The notes under the pieces were generated by a model. That model was not told where the DNA came from. It did not search any database and worked only from the letters and a program-made list of their open reading frames with translations. Source: a virus (taxonomy: Duplodnaviria > Caudoviricetes). From it: 64,000 nt of DNA. Below are positions 44,166 through 53,633 of the stretch, one piece after another; the stretch's first letter is position 1; every line of letters begins with the position of its first letter. The stretch is taken from IMG/VR virus record IMGVR_UViG_3300043480_000021, positions 5,422-69,421 of that record, one strand, 5' to 3'. The position numbers and the translations under genes are program-made.

Positions 44166-46591
44166 TTGATCTGCCCCTGCCTCTTCAAAAACTCCATAAG
44201 GTCAGTTCCGTCGTCCTGGACGTCGGGTTTCTCCTGGTCGCCTAACATCTTATCCATTTTGATTTGCCTCTGCAATCGCCTTTGCTGGCGGACCTGCACG
44301 TCTTTCTCCTTATCGATCGCCGCGTCGGAAAGATGCGGGAACTCCTCGTCGATCGAATGATGGACCTTTTCGTAGGCCGTGAGCTTCAATGCCTGCGGCT
44401 TAAAGCCGGTCAGGATCATCTTCAGGCACTCGGTGATCACGCCGCCGTGTTCCTGCGGTTCGGTCTTTTGGTTGTAGGTCCAGGCCGCGAGCTCCTGCCG
44501 GAGAGAGATCAGCCCGAGCTCGTTGATCGGATTGTCGACCTGTTTGTCGGCCGCGAGTAAATAAGCCCTCGAGGCGTTCATATTCGGGTAAAACGGGTGC
44601 TTCTGCTTCGGCTCCTCGCTAAAGTACCAGTTCGTCTCCGGGATGCCGGTCTCGAGCTCGCCCTCGAACATGCCTAGCTTGACCTTGAGCTTCGAGCATG
44701 CGGTCTGGATCTCGTCGGACGATTTATCGCTCATCCAGAGAAGCGGGATCGGCTTCGGCTTTAGCTTCCCGCCGGGCAGCTGCTCCTTCTGCACGAAGAA
44801 GTCCGTCGCCTTTTTCAGCCAGTTAACGACCGAAGCGAAGTCTCCGGAGAGCTGCTTGTAGCACGCGAGAACAAAAACAGCCTCGCCGATGAAGGCATTC
44901 TCCGCGGCCCGGGCGACCAGGACGGCGCCGGACGGGACCGAGCTGTCGTTCGACACCTTCAGCCCGGCCGAGATATGCCAGTGATGCGGTACGCCCTTGC
45001 CGAAGCGTTTGGCGAAGGCCGACCAGCCGACGACGTTGCGCTGCGGGGCGAACGTTTTGATCACGAGGCCGTGCTTGAGCTTCTCGTGCAGCTTGCGGTA
45101 CACGTCGCCCGCGGCGTCGACCTGGTCCTTATGTGTCGAGCCGGGGAAATGCTTTACCTCGTTCTTGAAAGCGCGGTACCACAGCGCTCCCTTCGGAACG
45201 GTCAGAAGCCCACGGTTGACGGCGACCGAAAAAGGATGCGCGCGGACCTCTTTCCGTTCGGTCGTAGGCATCAGCTCGACCGTATATTCCGGAAGCATTT
45301 GCTGAAACTGGAAAGCCGTGTCCTTGCCGGCCGCGGGGTCGACCGGGTGAGTGATCAGGACCATCTTCCCGTCGTCTTCAGCCGTGTCCTTCTGAAGCTC
45401 GAGCCTGGCGCCGCTGTCGAGCTGCTCGCGGATGTCGTCGAAAATGTGGATGCTCTCGTCGTGCCGGATACCCATCTTGATACCGACGGTAAAGTCTCCG
45501 CCATCCTTCGTGGTCGCGTTGTCCCATCCGCGGCCGACAAATGCGAATTCGCTTTCGTCGGGCAGCTGGTCGACCTCGCGGATCCTGCGCACGTCGAACA
45601 TATTTCCGCCGGCGCCGGTCGGTCGCTGCTGGAATTGCGAGTTCCATAGCACCGGATTCTTTTTCTGTCGTTCGTAAAAGGCGTCGGACCGGCGCGGGCT
45701 CAGATACTCGCCGAGCTCACGAGGGAACGCATCCGGATAGGACCGGCCGGTTTCGTCGTCGACGTAATCCCCGACGAACTCCGCGTCGTAGTGCCAATAT
45801 TCGAAAGTGAAAAAATCCGAGGCCAGGGCCCGGCCGCCGATGTCGTCCTGGTGGTACCGGTGAAACATGAGGAAGATGTTACCGGTATCGCCGCCGCGCA
45901 TCTGGGCCGTCTCGACGAGGAAATTCCAGCTCTTCTCGCGGATCGTTTCCGAGTTGGCCTCGTTACGGTCCTTGTAGGGATCGTCAATGATCAGCGTGTC
46001 GTAGCCGATGCCGGTGAGGCCGGTCAGAAGGGAAGCCGCGGTAAAGCTGTCCTGGCCGTCGTAATTGTCCAGCCGGGCGATCGTCGAGAACTCTTTGTCG
46101 GAAACAATGTTCGGGATCCAGCCGTTCGGGTCCGTGAATATCTGACGGTGGAACGGGCTGCGCATGATCGCGATGAGGGCCTGGGCGTGCTTTCGCGAGC
46201 GCTTGAGGTTGTAGCAGGCCAGGACGACGCGGTGATAATGATCATGGCCGAGGATCCACGCGATATAAGCCTGCGAGATGATCACCGACTTACCAGCCTG
46301 CGGCATGACGGCGATCGCGGCTTGCATCGCCTTCTCGTCCTGGCCGAAGAAAGCCGCCTCGAGGCGGTCGCAGAAGTTTTCCTGCCATGGATCGATATCG
46401 ATGCCGCGGAGAAGAAAGAGTCGCCGGACGTACTCTCTCAGGTGGATGATCAGGACCGGCTTTCGCTTGAGCCGGTGCCTGGCCGGGCGCGGAGGGCTAA
46501 AGCCGCGCTTCAGCTCGAGCTCCTTCGCGATCGCAACGGCCACGGGATTGAAACCCGGCGCTTCTGACTTAAGACTTTGTACTTCGGGCAT
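44162..46591 (-). CDS. terL: Terminase large subunit with about 300-aa C-terminal extension
   Basis: Walker A VMPQAGKS, Walker B LIIDDPYK, coupling motif LMFHRYHQDD, nuclease motifs GWDNATTKDGGDFTVG and HKDQVDA. Start placed at MPEVQ. Confidence 0.9.
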   Translation of the reverse strand: MPEVQSLKSEAPGFNPVAVAIAKELELKRGFSPPRPARHRLKRKPVLIIHLREYVRRLFLLRGIDIDPWQENFCDRLEAAFFGQDEKAMQAAIAVMPQAGKSVIISQAYIAWILGHDHYHRVVLACYNLKRSRKHAQALIAIMRSPFHRQIFTDPNGWIPNIVSDKEFSTIARLDNYDGQDSFTAASLLTGLTGIGYDTLIIDDPYKDRNEANSETIREKSWNFLVETAQMRGGDTGNIFLMFHRYHQDDIGGRALASDFFTFEYWHYDAEFVGDYVDDETGRSYPDAFPRELGEYLSPRRSDAFYERQKKNPVLWNSQFQQRPTGAGGNMFDVRRIREVDQLPDESEFAFVGRGWDNATTKDGGDFTVGIKMGIRHDESIHIFDDIREQLDSGARLELQKDTAEDDGKMVLITHPVDPAAGKDTAFQFQQMLPEYTVELMPTTERKEVRAHPFSVAVNRGLLTVPKGALWYRAFKNEVKHFPGSTHKDQVDAAGDVYRKLHEKLKHGLVIKTFAPQRNVVGWSAFAKRFGKGVPHHWHISAGLKVSNDSSVPSGAVLVARAAENAFIGEAVFVLACYKQLSGDFASVVNWLKKATDFFVQKEQLPGGKLKPKPIPLLWMSDKSSDEIQTACSKLKVKLGMFEGELETGIPETNWYFSEEPKQKHPFYPNMNASRAYLLAADKQVDNPINELGLISLRQELAAWTYNQKTEPQEHGGVITECLKMILTGFKPQALKLTAYEKVHHSIDEEFPHLSDAAIDKEKDVQVRQQRRLQRQIKMDKMLGDQEKPDVQDDGTDLMEFLKRQGQIK

Positions 46592-46847
46592 TCGGGGGAT
46601 CGATCTTGTCGGCAAAGGCACGCATCCGGCCGGCGACCTTGGTGCGGAGATCGTCGACGTATTCCTGGTCCTCGGCGTCGATGTTAAGGGTCCGTGAATA
46701 GATGCGGTCAAAGCTCAGCTTAACGGACGCGAGGCTGTCGGTACAGGGTTGGCCGGGCGAGCTGGTGTCTTGAAGGATCTCCACGACGAGGTCGCCGTCG
46801 TCCTGCAGGGTAAATGTAGTATCAAGCTCTAGGGTGATTTTTAGCAT
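46569..46847 (-). CDS. Hypothetical protein (92 aa) between TerS and TerL
   Basis: SD GGAG, ATG 9 nt after the TerS stop. Confidence 0.6.
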   Translation of the reverse strand: MLKITLELDTTFTLQDDGDLVVEILQDTSSPGQPCTDSLASVKLSFDRIYSRTLNIDAEDQEYVDDLRTKVAGRMRAFADKIDPPNARSTKS

Positions 46848-46856
46848 TTTCGTCTC

Positions 46857-47393
46857 CTAATTATTAGCATCGCTCACGAGATCGTCGCGGCTTATCTGGT
46901 ACCGGTCAACAACGAACTGGATCGACTCCTCCATGTTTCCGCCTTCGCGCAAGAGCTCCTGAAGCACGTCGTTCGCAAAAGCTTTCGAATCGAACAGCGG
47001 TTCGCCGTTCGCGCCGGCGATCCTCCGCTGGTTGGTAAACAGGCCTCCTTCTTCCTTCGCGGCCTGCTCGAGCAGATAGCGCAGCTCCACCGTGTTGAGC
47101 CGCGGATTGGCCATCACCTTCTCGAGAGCGGTCTGAAGCATTTTCAGCCGATAGGTCTTGTTCGCGATCGGGATCTTGACCAGCTGGTCCAGAAAGTCCG
47201 CGCGGGTTTTGTCGAATAGGTCCTTGAGTTTCTTCGACAAATTGCTCTTGCCCGGTTTGTATTTGAAAACCTGCTGGCGGTCGATAGTAACGCCGAATTC
47301 CTGTTCTACGAGGTCCGCGACGTGCTGAGGCTGCGCGTACATCGCTAATTGCTGGACAATATATTCTTTTACTGCGTCTGTGAGTGCTGCCAT
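46857..47393 (-). CDS. terS: Terminase small subunit, DUF2280-like
   Basis: MAALTDAVKEYIVQQLAMYAQPQHVADLVEQEFGVTIDRQQVFKYKP...LSKKLKDLFDKTRADFL...IPIANKTYRL matches the DUF2280 pattern; upstream of TerL. Confidence 0.8.
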   Translation of the reverse strand: MAALTDAVKEYIVQQLAMYAQPQHVADLVEQEFGVTIDRQQVFKYKPGKSNLSKKLKDLFDKTRADFLDQLVKIPIANKTYRLKMLQTALEKVMANPRLNTVELRYLLEQAAKEEGGLFTNQRRIAGANGEPLFDSKAFANDVLQELLREGGNMEESIQFVVDRYQISRDDLVSDANN

Positions 47394-47423
47394 ATAAAAC
47401 TATTCTGTCGCCCCGCCGTCGCC

Positions 47424-48302
47424 CTACTCGCAGACTCCGGCCATGCATCGCGGTTCGTCCTCGAAATCCTCAAAATGAAAGTCGTAATTAGAGCTGTGTT
47501 TCCGGTCAGACGTGCGCGACCAGGCGACAACGTCGTCGATCGTCGGAACGTATATCTCACGGCCGTCTTTCGTGATGATCAGCTTTGAACGATAACGTTT
47601 CGGCGTCTTATCGATCGGGAACGCTTGGCCGAATCCCGCGTCGTTCGGCATCGTGTTTTCCTTCTCGCGTACCAGATCGATCCGCTCCGGATATTGGTTC
47701 GCAATCAGTCGAATTTCGCTCTTGCTAGCGAATACGACGCAGGGGAAGCATCCGACGCGTGTGAAGCCCTTTGCATAAAGAGGGTTTAGCGGAAAGCTAT
47801 ATTTTTTATGAATCAGGAACACATCCTCGAGGGTCCATCTAAGCAACGGCCTCCACTCCGGCCGGCCGTGATATGTCTCTAAGGAGTGGCCCCATTCGTC
47901 GTACAAGGACCGCTCCTTGCTTTCCTCGGCGCGTACTCCGGTCACTGAGACGATATTGCCCCCGAGGGTCGTCATAAACCGCTTGGCGGGTTCAAGCTTC
48001 AAGTATTGCGTACAAAATCGGGCCTGCTTGTAAGGGAACATCTTCTTTTTGTGGACCAGGTCGTAAAACGGAAGCTCGGGCTCGAGCCAGACGACCGGGT
48101 GCAATTCCTTCGAGATAAGAAGGATGTGATCATAGACTTCCTTCGCCTCGTTGCCGGTGTTCGAGAACGTACAGATCAGCTTCGACAGCGGGATATCGTT
48201 TTCGGGAAAGAATTCGTTCTTCAAATAGAGCAAGAGCGCGGCCGAGTCTTTTCCGCTCGAGATCCCGGCAACGAACCAATCTATTTGAGAGAAGTCGATC
48301 AT
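47424..48302 (-). CDS. Phosphoadenosine phosphosulfate (PAPS) reductase-family protein
   Basis: PP-loop ISSGKDS, TFSNTGNE, RFCTQYLKLEP, GVRAEESKERS, NPLYAKGFTRVGCFPC. Confidence 0.88.
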   Translation of the reverse strand: MIDFSQIDWFVAGISSGKDSAALLLYLKNEFFPENDIPLSKLICTFSNTGNEAKEVYDHILLISKELHPVVWLEPELPFYDLVHKKKMFPYKQARFCTQYLKLEPAKRFMTTLGGNIVSVTGVRAEESKERSLYDEWGHSLETYHGRPEWRPLLRWTLEDVFLIHKKYSFPLNPLYAKGFTRVGCFPCVVFASKSEIRLIANQYPERIDLVREKENTMPNDAGFGQAFPIDKTPKRYRSKLIITKDGREIYVPTIDDVVAWSRTSDRKHSSNYDFHFEDFEDEPRCMAGVCE

Positions 48303-48625
48303 ACGCCGTGGCGAGGCCCCTCTTCCGCTCTCGCCGAGGCTTCACCCAGGCGGTCCAAAACTCTTCGCATCGCTTCGTCCTCATGGACCTCAGATAAAGG
48401 CTTTGCTCGATCAAAATTGATAGGCAGCATGGTTCGGCCGGTTTTCTCGAGAATGTCGATGTAAAAGTCGTGGCTCGCGTCGGCGATAACGCGCTCCATG
48501 GCGCCGTTGTCACGCTCGAGCTTCCAATCGTGATCTCCACCGCCTTTGCAGGGAAATACTTCGACGGTCGCCGGCACGGTCTTGTATTGGTTGCACAACT
48601 GGCATTGATAAACGTCATTTTTCAT
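48299..48625 (-). CDS. Hypothetical protein (108 aa)
   Basis: CQLC...CKGGGDH motif; ATGA overlap with the PAPS-reductase gene. Confidence 0.55.
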   Translation of the reverse strand: MKNDVYQCQLCNQYKTVPATVEVFPCKGGGDHDWKLERDNGAMERVIADASHDFYIDILEKTGRTMLPINFDRAKPLSEVHEDEAMRRVLDRLGEASARAEEGPRHGV

Positions 48626-48635
48626 AAGTCACCTT

Positions 48636-49301
48636 TTAGCAGGTCCCGCAGATGGATTTGATGTCTGCGAGAGCGATTTTCGGCTTTCTTTTTCCCGCGG
48701 CGATCAACTCCGCTGTCTTACCCGCGCCGGCGCCCGGGCCGTAGCGCTCGACGATCCCGACGAACTCCTCGGCATCATGGCCGCGGATCCCGTAGACGGG
48801 AAGTCCGGACGATCGGCGAAATTTCGGGAACCCGAATTCATCCTCGGCCTGGCCGCAATGGTATAGCTCGTGCTCATCGAGGGCGCAGAAACTTGCATCG
48901 TCGCACTCGTCCGCATATTTGGCGTAAAGGGTGATGAGGAAGTCGAGCTTATCGGTGCCAAACCATTCGCGAAGCTGCTGCCAGTATCGCGCCTTGGTCC
49001 AGGCGTCGAGCGTCGGCGACGGGCGCGGGATCTGTGCCATGCCGGCGACAGGATTCATTTGGCGCTTGTAAGGGACGTTGGTCCATAGAAAACCTATATC
49101 CGCGTTCAAAAGATGGCCGTGGTCCTCGTTATAGAGCTTTGACGAGGGATTTAAGAACGCCTCCCTGGTAAATGTGAGAATTTCGGGCGCGGGAATGAAG
49201 AGGTCCTCGAAAGACTTGAGCAGTATCTTCGGCGGCTTCGGTCGCACTATTTTGAGTTTTGCGGCAGGCATAATGTTCGGCTTAATCGGGCTCGGCTTCA
49301 C
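48636..49301 (-). CDS. Putative phage metallopeptidase
   Basis: HExxH motif LDEHELYHCGQ with downstream GHDAEEFVGIVERYG, the pattern of the phage metallopeptidase family found near terminases. Confidence 0.8.
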   Translation of the reverse strand: MKPSPIKPNIMPAAKLKIVRPKPPKILLKSFEDLFIPAPEILTFTREAFLNPSSKLYNEDHGHLLNADIGFLWTNVPYKRQMNPVAGMAQIPRPSPTLDAWTKARYWQQLREWFGTDKLDFLITLYAKYADECDDASFCALDEHELYHCGQAEDEFGFPKFRRSSGLPVYGIRGHDAEEFVGIVERYGPGAGAGKTAELIAAGKRKPKIALADIKSICGTC

Positions 49302-49578
49302 TGTCTACTATCTGATCGGGCCAAACGGAGAGGTCGGTGAATGGATAATCCGTTGTGAGCCACACGGGTTGAGGATTCTTTCCTACTACCCCGAGCCAAA
49401 TGCGTTTCGTTTCAAGCAGCTCCTCTATCTGCCGATCGGTGAGGATCCAGCAAGTGATAACATGCGTCCCGTCATAATGAGCGGGAAGATCTTCACAGCC
49501 TGGCGCGGAGTACCGCTTGTTTACTTCGTCGAACTCGACCGGTTTTAGTTGTCCTTGGTTCATACCGCTCTCCCTCAA
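49282..49578 (-). CDS. Hypothetical phage protein (98 aa)
   Basis: CEDLPAHYDGTHVITCWIL...RIWLGVVGKNPQPV, a common small phage protein pattern. Confidence 0.6.
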   Translation of the reverse strand: MRESGMNQGQLKPVEFDEVNKRYSAPGCEDLPAHYDGTHVITCWILTDRQIEELLETKRIWLGVVGKNPQPVWLTTDYPFTDLSVWPDQIVDSEAEPD

Positions 49579-49943
49579 TTCACGCCTTTCAGCTCCGTCA
49601 GATCATTCCTGAAAATCTCAAACTTCATGTTAGTCAGAAGATCCGCCGCACCTTCGCGAATTGGCGCGCGCAGCTCGCAGGCATCCGGTGAACACATTGG
49701 CCGATTCGGTGACAAACCGCCGTCGACGCCGTAAAAATGGAACGGTGTAGCGCAATCCGCGCAGCTTACGAGGACCTCAACATAACCGTATTGCATGGGC
49801 GCGTCCGGCGCTTCGTTCCCGGTAATGCGAGAGACTACCGTGATCGTTGCAAAATTCGGGTGCTGGCATGTGGTAGGATCCTGCGTAGCTTTTTCTTTGA
49901 TATCCGCTAAACACCGTTCCTTATACTCTTCAATTTCAGACAT
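49575..49943 (-). CDS. Hypothetical Cys-rich protein (122 aa)
   Basis: CQHPNF...CADCATPFHF; ATGA overlap. Confidence 0.6.
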   Translation of the reverse strand: MSEIEEYKERCLADIKEKATQDPTTCQHPNFATITVVSRITGNEAPDAPMQYGYVEVLVSCADCATPFHFYGVDGGLSPNRPMCSPDACELRAPIREGAADLLTNMKFEIFRNDLTELKGVN

Positions 49944-49949
49944 ATTGTT

Positions 49950-50567
49950 CTATCCCGCGGTCTTCACAGCTTTTAACCTTCTGGCTTCACGGAACGCCTT
50001 GAACTCCTCGATAACGAGGGCGATGTTTCCTTTTTCGTCTTCCGAGGTCCCGATAATGTCGCGTGTTAACCATTGGAAAACAAACGCGTCCGATTCAGAC
50101 GCCTCGCAGGCCTCGAGGATATATAGCGCTTGGTTTCGGGCGTCGCCGAGTGGAAGCTGCGCCTTGTTCACGCCCCAGGAGATCTCGATTAGCGGCTCGT
50201 GCGTCCGGCCGGAAAGAAGGGAAGTAACGAAAATCTGTTCATCCGGAGGCGCACCCGGCATGGCCTTAAACGCATGGTGTGAAAGTAGAGCGCCCAGCTC
50301 CCGCGCCTGTTCCGGGTTCATACCCATCCAGGAAACCGGCGTTCCAAAATTGATAACCACCTTACCGTTGTCAGTGGTGATGCCGAATTGGATTTCTCCC
50401 TCGTCCGCTTCGTTCAGCTTTCCCTCCGGAAACTGGCCGGTAGCTCCGAAGCTTTCTCCTTTGGGCCGCGCTGCGCTGGCTAATTTGTCGCTCCCGCCTG
50501 GTTTTCGGTCGCTTTTGTATGGTCGGTCCGGCTGTTCCCCCGGATAAGGTTCTCGTGAATGATGCAT
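49950..50567 (-). CDS. Hypothetical protein (205 aa)
   Basis: SD AAGGAG upstream; operon context. Confidence 0.6.
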   Translation of the reverse strand: MHHSREPYPGEQPDRPYKSDRKPGGSDKLASAARPKGESFGATGQFPEGKLNEADEGEIQFGITTDNGKVVINFGTPVSWMGMNPEQARELGALLSHHAFKAMPGAPPDEQIFVTSLLSGRTHEPLIEISWGVNKAQLPLGDARNQALYILEACEASESDAFVFQWLTRDIIGTSEDEKGNIALVIEEFKAFREARRLKAVKTAG

Positions 50568-50616
50568 AAAAATACTTCTCCTTTTTTCGTTTCATCCCGC
50601 GAGTCTGCCCCTCACG

Positions 50617-50901
50617 TTAGGCGTATAGTTCATTCTTCGCTCCGCACCAGTCGCAGTTAGCCGCGCCGGCGGTTCCTTGCTTTCGCCTCTGCATTGGCGG
50701 CTCGATGGACCGGAGACACTCGTCGCACAAAGCGCGTAGTTTCCAGCTCTTTCCGTAATCCTCGGAGATCTTCACGCCCTCAATAGGTCGGTATACGCGG
50801 CCGTTCAAGCGCTTCTCGCGTTCCTTTTCGAAGATTTCTTGCGTCCGCCGGGCATGTGCGATCTGGCGGCCGATAGCTTCCTGACTAAGAATTGCTCTCA
50901 T
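50617..50901 (-). CDS. Hypothetical Zn-finger protein (94 aa)
   Basis: CDEC...CDWC; ATGA overlap. Confidence 0.6.
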   Translation of the reverse strand: MRAILSQEAIGRQIAHARRTQEIFEKEREKRLNGRVYRPIEGVKISEDYGKSWKLRALCDECLRSIEPPMQRRKQGTAGAANCDWCGAKNELYA

Positions 50902-51170
50902 TTGTTCCTCGCCTGGCGCTCCTCGTATGCTGCTTTCGCGATCGGGTAATGCTCACGGCAGAAATCAACGCCCGGGCTCACTCCTTTCTGCGTGCAGTTT
51001 TTACAAAGCGATCTGTCGCAGTCCTTCTTTTCGCCGTTCCTTTTCTTTCCAACCGGGAAGTCACAAAGGAAATCCTCGTCGCCGTCGCAGTAATGGCATT
51101 TCTTTCGCCGGCCGCGGCCTCGGCAGACTATCGCTTTAACGTCGCCGATCTTTATTTCCGTGCAGATCAC
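50898..51170 (-). CDS. Hypothetical Cys-rich protein (90 aa)
   Basis: CHYC...LCDF...CDRSLCKNC...DFCREH. Confidence 0.6.
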   Translation of the reverse strand: MICTEIKIGDVKAIVCRGRGRRKKCHYCDGDEDFLCDFPVGKKRNGEKKDCDRSLCKNCTQKGVSPGVDFCREHYPIAKAAYEERQARNK

Positions 51171-51589
51171 GCCGGAATAAACCTCCGCTTCTTTGCGTTC
51201 AGCTGTTTAAGAACGGCACCGAGCTTTTCAAGAAGCTCGTCTTTCTCGGCCGGATCATCTTCCGCCTGCCAATCCTTGAGGGTGTCCGTCGCGACCGCGG
51301 CGAAGACCTTCGTCTCCACCGGGTTCTCGTCGTAGTAGCCTGTAGCTTTGAGTTCCTGGACGCGCTTGGTCCACCCGCCACATACCCGCGCCGCTGGCGC
51401 CAGCGTGCGTCTCTCCTGGCGGGAAAGCGGGCGGTCAAAGACCGGGTTCTTATAATCGACCGACTCGTGACAGTGAAAGGATTTCGGGCCCAGGACGCAG
51501 AGTTCGGCCGTAAGATAGCTTACCGGTTCCTCGCTCGCCTCCGAGCCCGGACGGAAAGCGCATCCAGCGCATTGATCAAGCTGAGGCAT
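51167..51589 (-). CDS. Hypothetical Cys-rich protein (140 aa)
   Basis: CAGCAFR...FHCHE...VCGGW. Confidence 0.6.
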   Translation of the reverse strand: MPQLDQCAGCAFRPGSEASEEPVSYLTAELCVLGPKSFHCHESVDYKNPVFDRPLSRQERRTLAPAARVCGGWTKRVQELKATGYYDENPVETKVFAAVATDTLKDWQAEDDPAEKDELLEKLGAVLKQLNAKKRRFIPA

Positions 51590-52058
51590 CTTTGCCCTCC
51601 TCGATGTATTCGGGGAAATCCTCGTTGTTTATAACGCGGACCATCCGCTGGTGAAGGGTGGCCGCCAACTCCTTCATTTTCGCGTCGGACTCCTCAAACC
51701 AGTCGTTCATGCCCGCCATTAAGAAGTCCCTCAGCTCTCCGCTCTCGAGAACTTTGTTGTGATCCTCGGCGAAGGTTTCATTCTCCGGAAGAATTATCCT
51801 TCGAAAGTCTTTATCGGCGATCGTTCGGATCGCGCCGGCAGCTGCCGAGTAGCCGAAAGCCTGCATCGTGAAGAAATCGAACATGAACAACGCTGCGTCG
51901 CGGGATTCCTGGTCGATATCATCCTGGATGGCTATAAGGTAGGCGACCGACTGACCGGCGATCGCCATCCTGTTCATGCGCCGAAGCGCTGGCTCCTGTT
52001 TCGACAGGAGCTTCAGGCTTTCGGCTAATTTCGAGAGGATAAGCTGCTGTTTGGTCAC
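51576..52058 (-). CDS. Hypothetical protein (160 aa)
   Basis: GTGA overlap with the upstream stop; helical. Confidence 0.6.
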   Translation of the reverse strand: MTKQQLILSKLAESLKLLSKQEPALRRMNRMAIAGQSVAYLIAIQDDIDQESRDAALFMFDFFTMQAFGYSAAAGAIRTIADKDFRRIILPENETFAEDHNKVLESGELRDFLMAGMNDWFEESDAKMKELAATLHQRMVRVINNEDFPEYIEEGKDASA

Positions 52059-53512
52059 CTCTTGACCTCCTCGGCTGCCCTCTCAGCACGCTCGGGCGGA
52101 GTTCTTTCGGCGCGAGACTGCTCCTCGTGGGCCTCGACCACTTCCGCGATCGCGCAAAGGAGATCTCGGCCGAGCGCGGTTTCCTTGAAAAAGTTACCGG
52201 AGAAGTCGATAACGAGCCGGCCGCTTTTCAGATTGACCACCGTCGTTAACTGCGGCATCGACGCCGAGGCCGACATGAGCGCGGCCATCGGGTAAAACGC
52301 TCCCGAACCCTTCCCTCCAATCCCTGGGCCCATCCCTTCGCCGAACAGGTGTTCGAAGAGGGTTTTCGGCTTGGGAATATCCTGATAATAATATTCCTCG
52401 CGTTTTTCGTATTCCCGCCGGCGATGGGACTCGGCTTCCTCGTCTCCCGGTCCCGTTTCGGGAACCTTTTCGCTTTCCTTCTCCCGCTGCTGGCTGAAGT
52501 TATCGACCGGCAGATCTTTCTCCGCGAGCAGATCGAACGGAGACGCTGGCGCGGGCGCTGCGGCCGCTTCCTGCGCGGGGTTTTCCAGCGGAGTCTCGGC
52601 GATCAGGCATTTTGCGCCATCACATCCGTCAACTCCGAGATCCAGGAACGGGGAGTCAATGAGCTGCCTGCCGCAGTTTCCGCAATAGCTAGACTGCTTC
52701 TCCTCCTCGTCCGCGTGATCAGCCGCGGCCGCGAGTTCGTTTTCCGTCCCTAAAACATCTCCTTCCTCGGGTATCTCGAGCGGATCTTCTTCTTCGACAG
52801 CGGTCGACCCCGCTTCCTCGGCTATCTTTTCGAGGTAGTCGCCTCCGGTCTGAGGCGCTTCCGGGGCATGCCCGTTTGTGTTTTGGACGATATCGACACC
52901 ACCGTTCCCGTTCATAACCAGCTTCGACGTTGCCGGCGGCTCACTGCCTTTGACAAAGTATGCCGTCACGGCGCCGCATTGCCGTTCTACGATAGCCCGG
53001 GCCGCGACAAGGCCGCTTATCGCCTGGCCTATCTTGCCGGGCGGGTACATTTCTAGGGCAGTGTGTATCGCTCGCCTTAGATTGCTTCCGGCGCTGATCG
53101 CTTCGACGACCTTTTCCTCGATGATCCGAAGCGCTTCTTCCTCGTCCTCCGGAAGCTCGACCTGACCGTTAGAAGCCGTTGCCGGCACTCCTTTCCGACG
53201 CTGCTTTCCTCTATCGATCGCGGCTTTCCATTCCTCATCGGAATTCTTCCTGTTGTAGAAAGTGCCGCTCGATATTTCGAACTCCGCGCAGATCTCGTCG
53301 ACCGACTTACCGTCGGTGATCATCTGCTCCAATTTTGTGTAATCAATGTTTTTTTCGTTCATTTCTGTCTCCCTTTGTTTGTCTAAAAAAATCTTCAATC
53401 CTTTCGCTTCCAATGCCTGCTCGAGCTTTTTCAGCGCCCTTTTTTCGATCAGCCAAATATTGTTTTTGTTACAGCCTGCAACATCGGCAATTTCCTGTGT
53501 CGTCCTGGTCAC
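52055..53512 (-). CDS. Multi-HTH DNA-binding protein (sigma70 region-4-like HTH + second HTH + winged-helix-like segment); 5' end interrupted at a G13 tract
   Basis: RTTQEIADVAGCNKNNIWLIEKRALKKL and KSVDEICAEFEISSGTFYNRK. The frame stays open upstream to 53605 without an ATG. An internal ATG at 53362 has SD AGGGAG. Confidence 0.7.
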   Translation of the reverse strand: MTRTTQEIADVAGCNKNNIWLIEKRALKKLEQALEAKGLKIFLDKQRETEMNEKNIDYTKLEQMITDGKSVDEICAEFEISSGTFYNRKNSDEEWKAAIDRGKQRRKGVPATASNGQVELPEDEEEALRIIEEKVVEAISAGSNLRRAIHTALEMYPPGKIGQAISGLVAARAIVERQCGAVTAYFVKGSEPPATSKLVMNGNGGVDIVQNTNGHAPEAPQTGGDYLEKIAEEAGSTAVEEEDPLEIPEEGDVLGTENELAAAADHADEEEKQSSYCGNCGRQLIDSPFLDLGVDGCDGAKCLIAETPLENPAQEAAAAPAPASPFDLLAEKDLPVDNFSQQREKESEKVPETGPGDEEAESHRRREYEKREEYYYQDIPKPKTLFEHLFGEGMGPGIGGKGSGAFYPMAALMSASASMPQLTTVVNLKSGRLVIDFSGNFFKETALGRDLLCAIAEVVEAHEEQSRAERTPPERAERAAEEVKR

Positions 53513-53588
53513 CCCGCGCGGCGTCGCCAGAAAGAGCAGATGGATCCCGGCATCTATAGAGCCATCTGCGAAAGGTAAGTCGGTAATA

Positions 53589-53601
53589 CCCCCCCCCCCC
53601 C
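53589..53601 (-). repeat. G13 homopolymer tract (C13 on plus strand)
   Basis: Counted directly; the only run of this length I saw in the window. Confidence 0.95.
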
Positions 53602-53633
53602 ACTTTTAACAGTGTTTTTCAGATATTCGTGCG

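Noticed and set aside
46592-46711. ORF-track start of TerL at 46711
   Set aside because: It would overlap the 46569-46847 gene extensively. MPEVQ at 46591 fits better.
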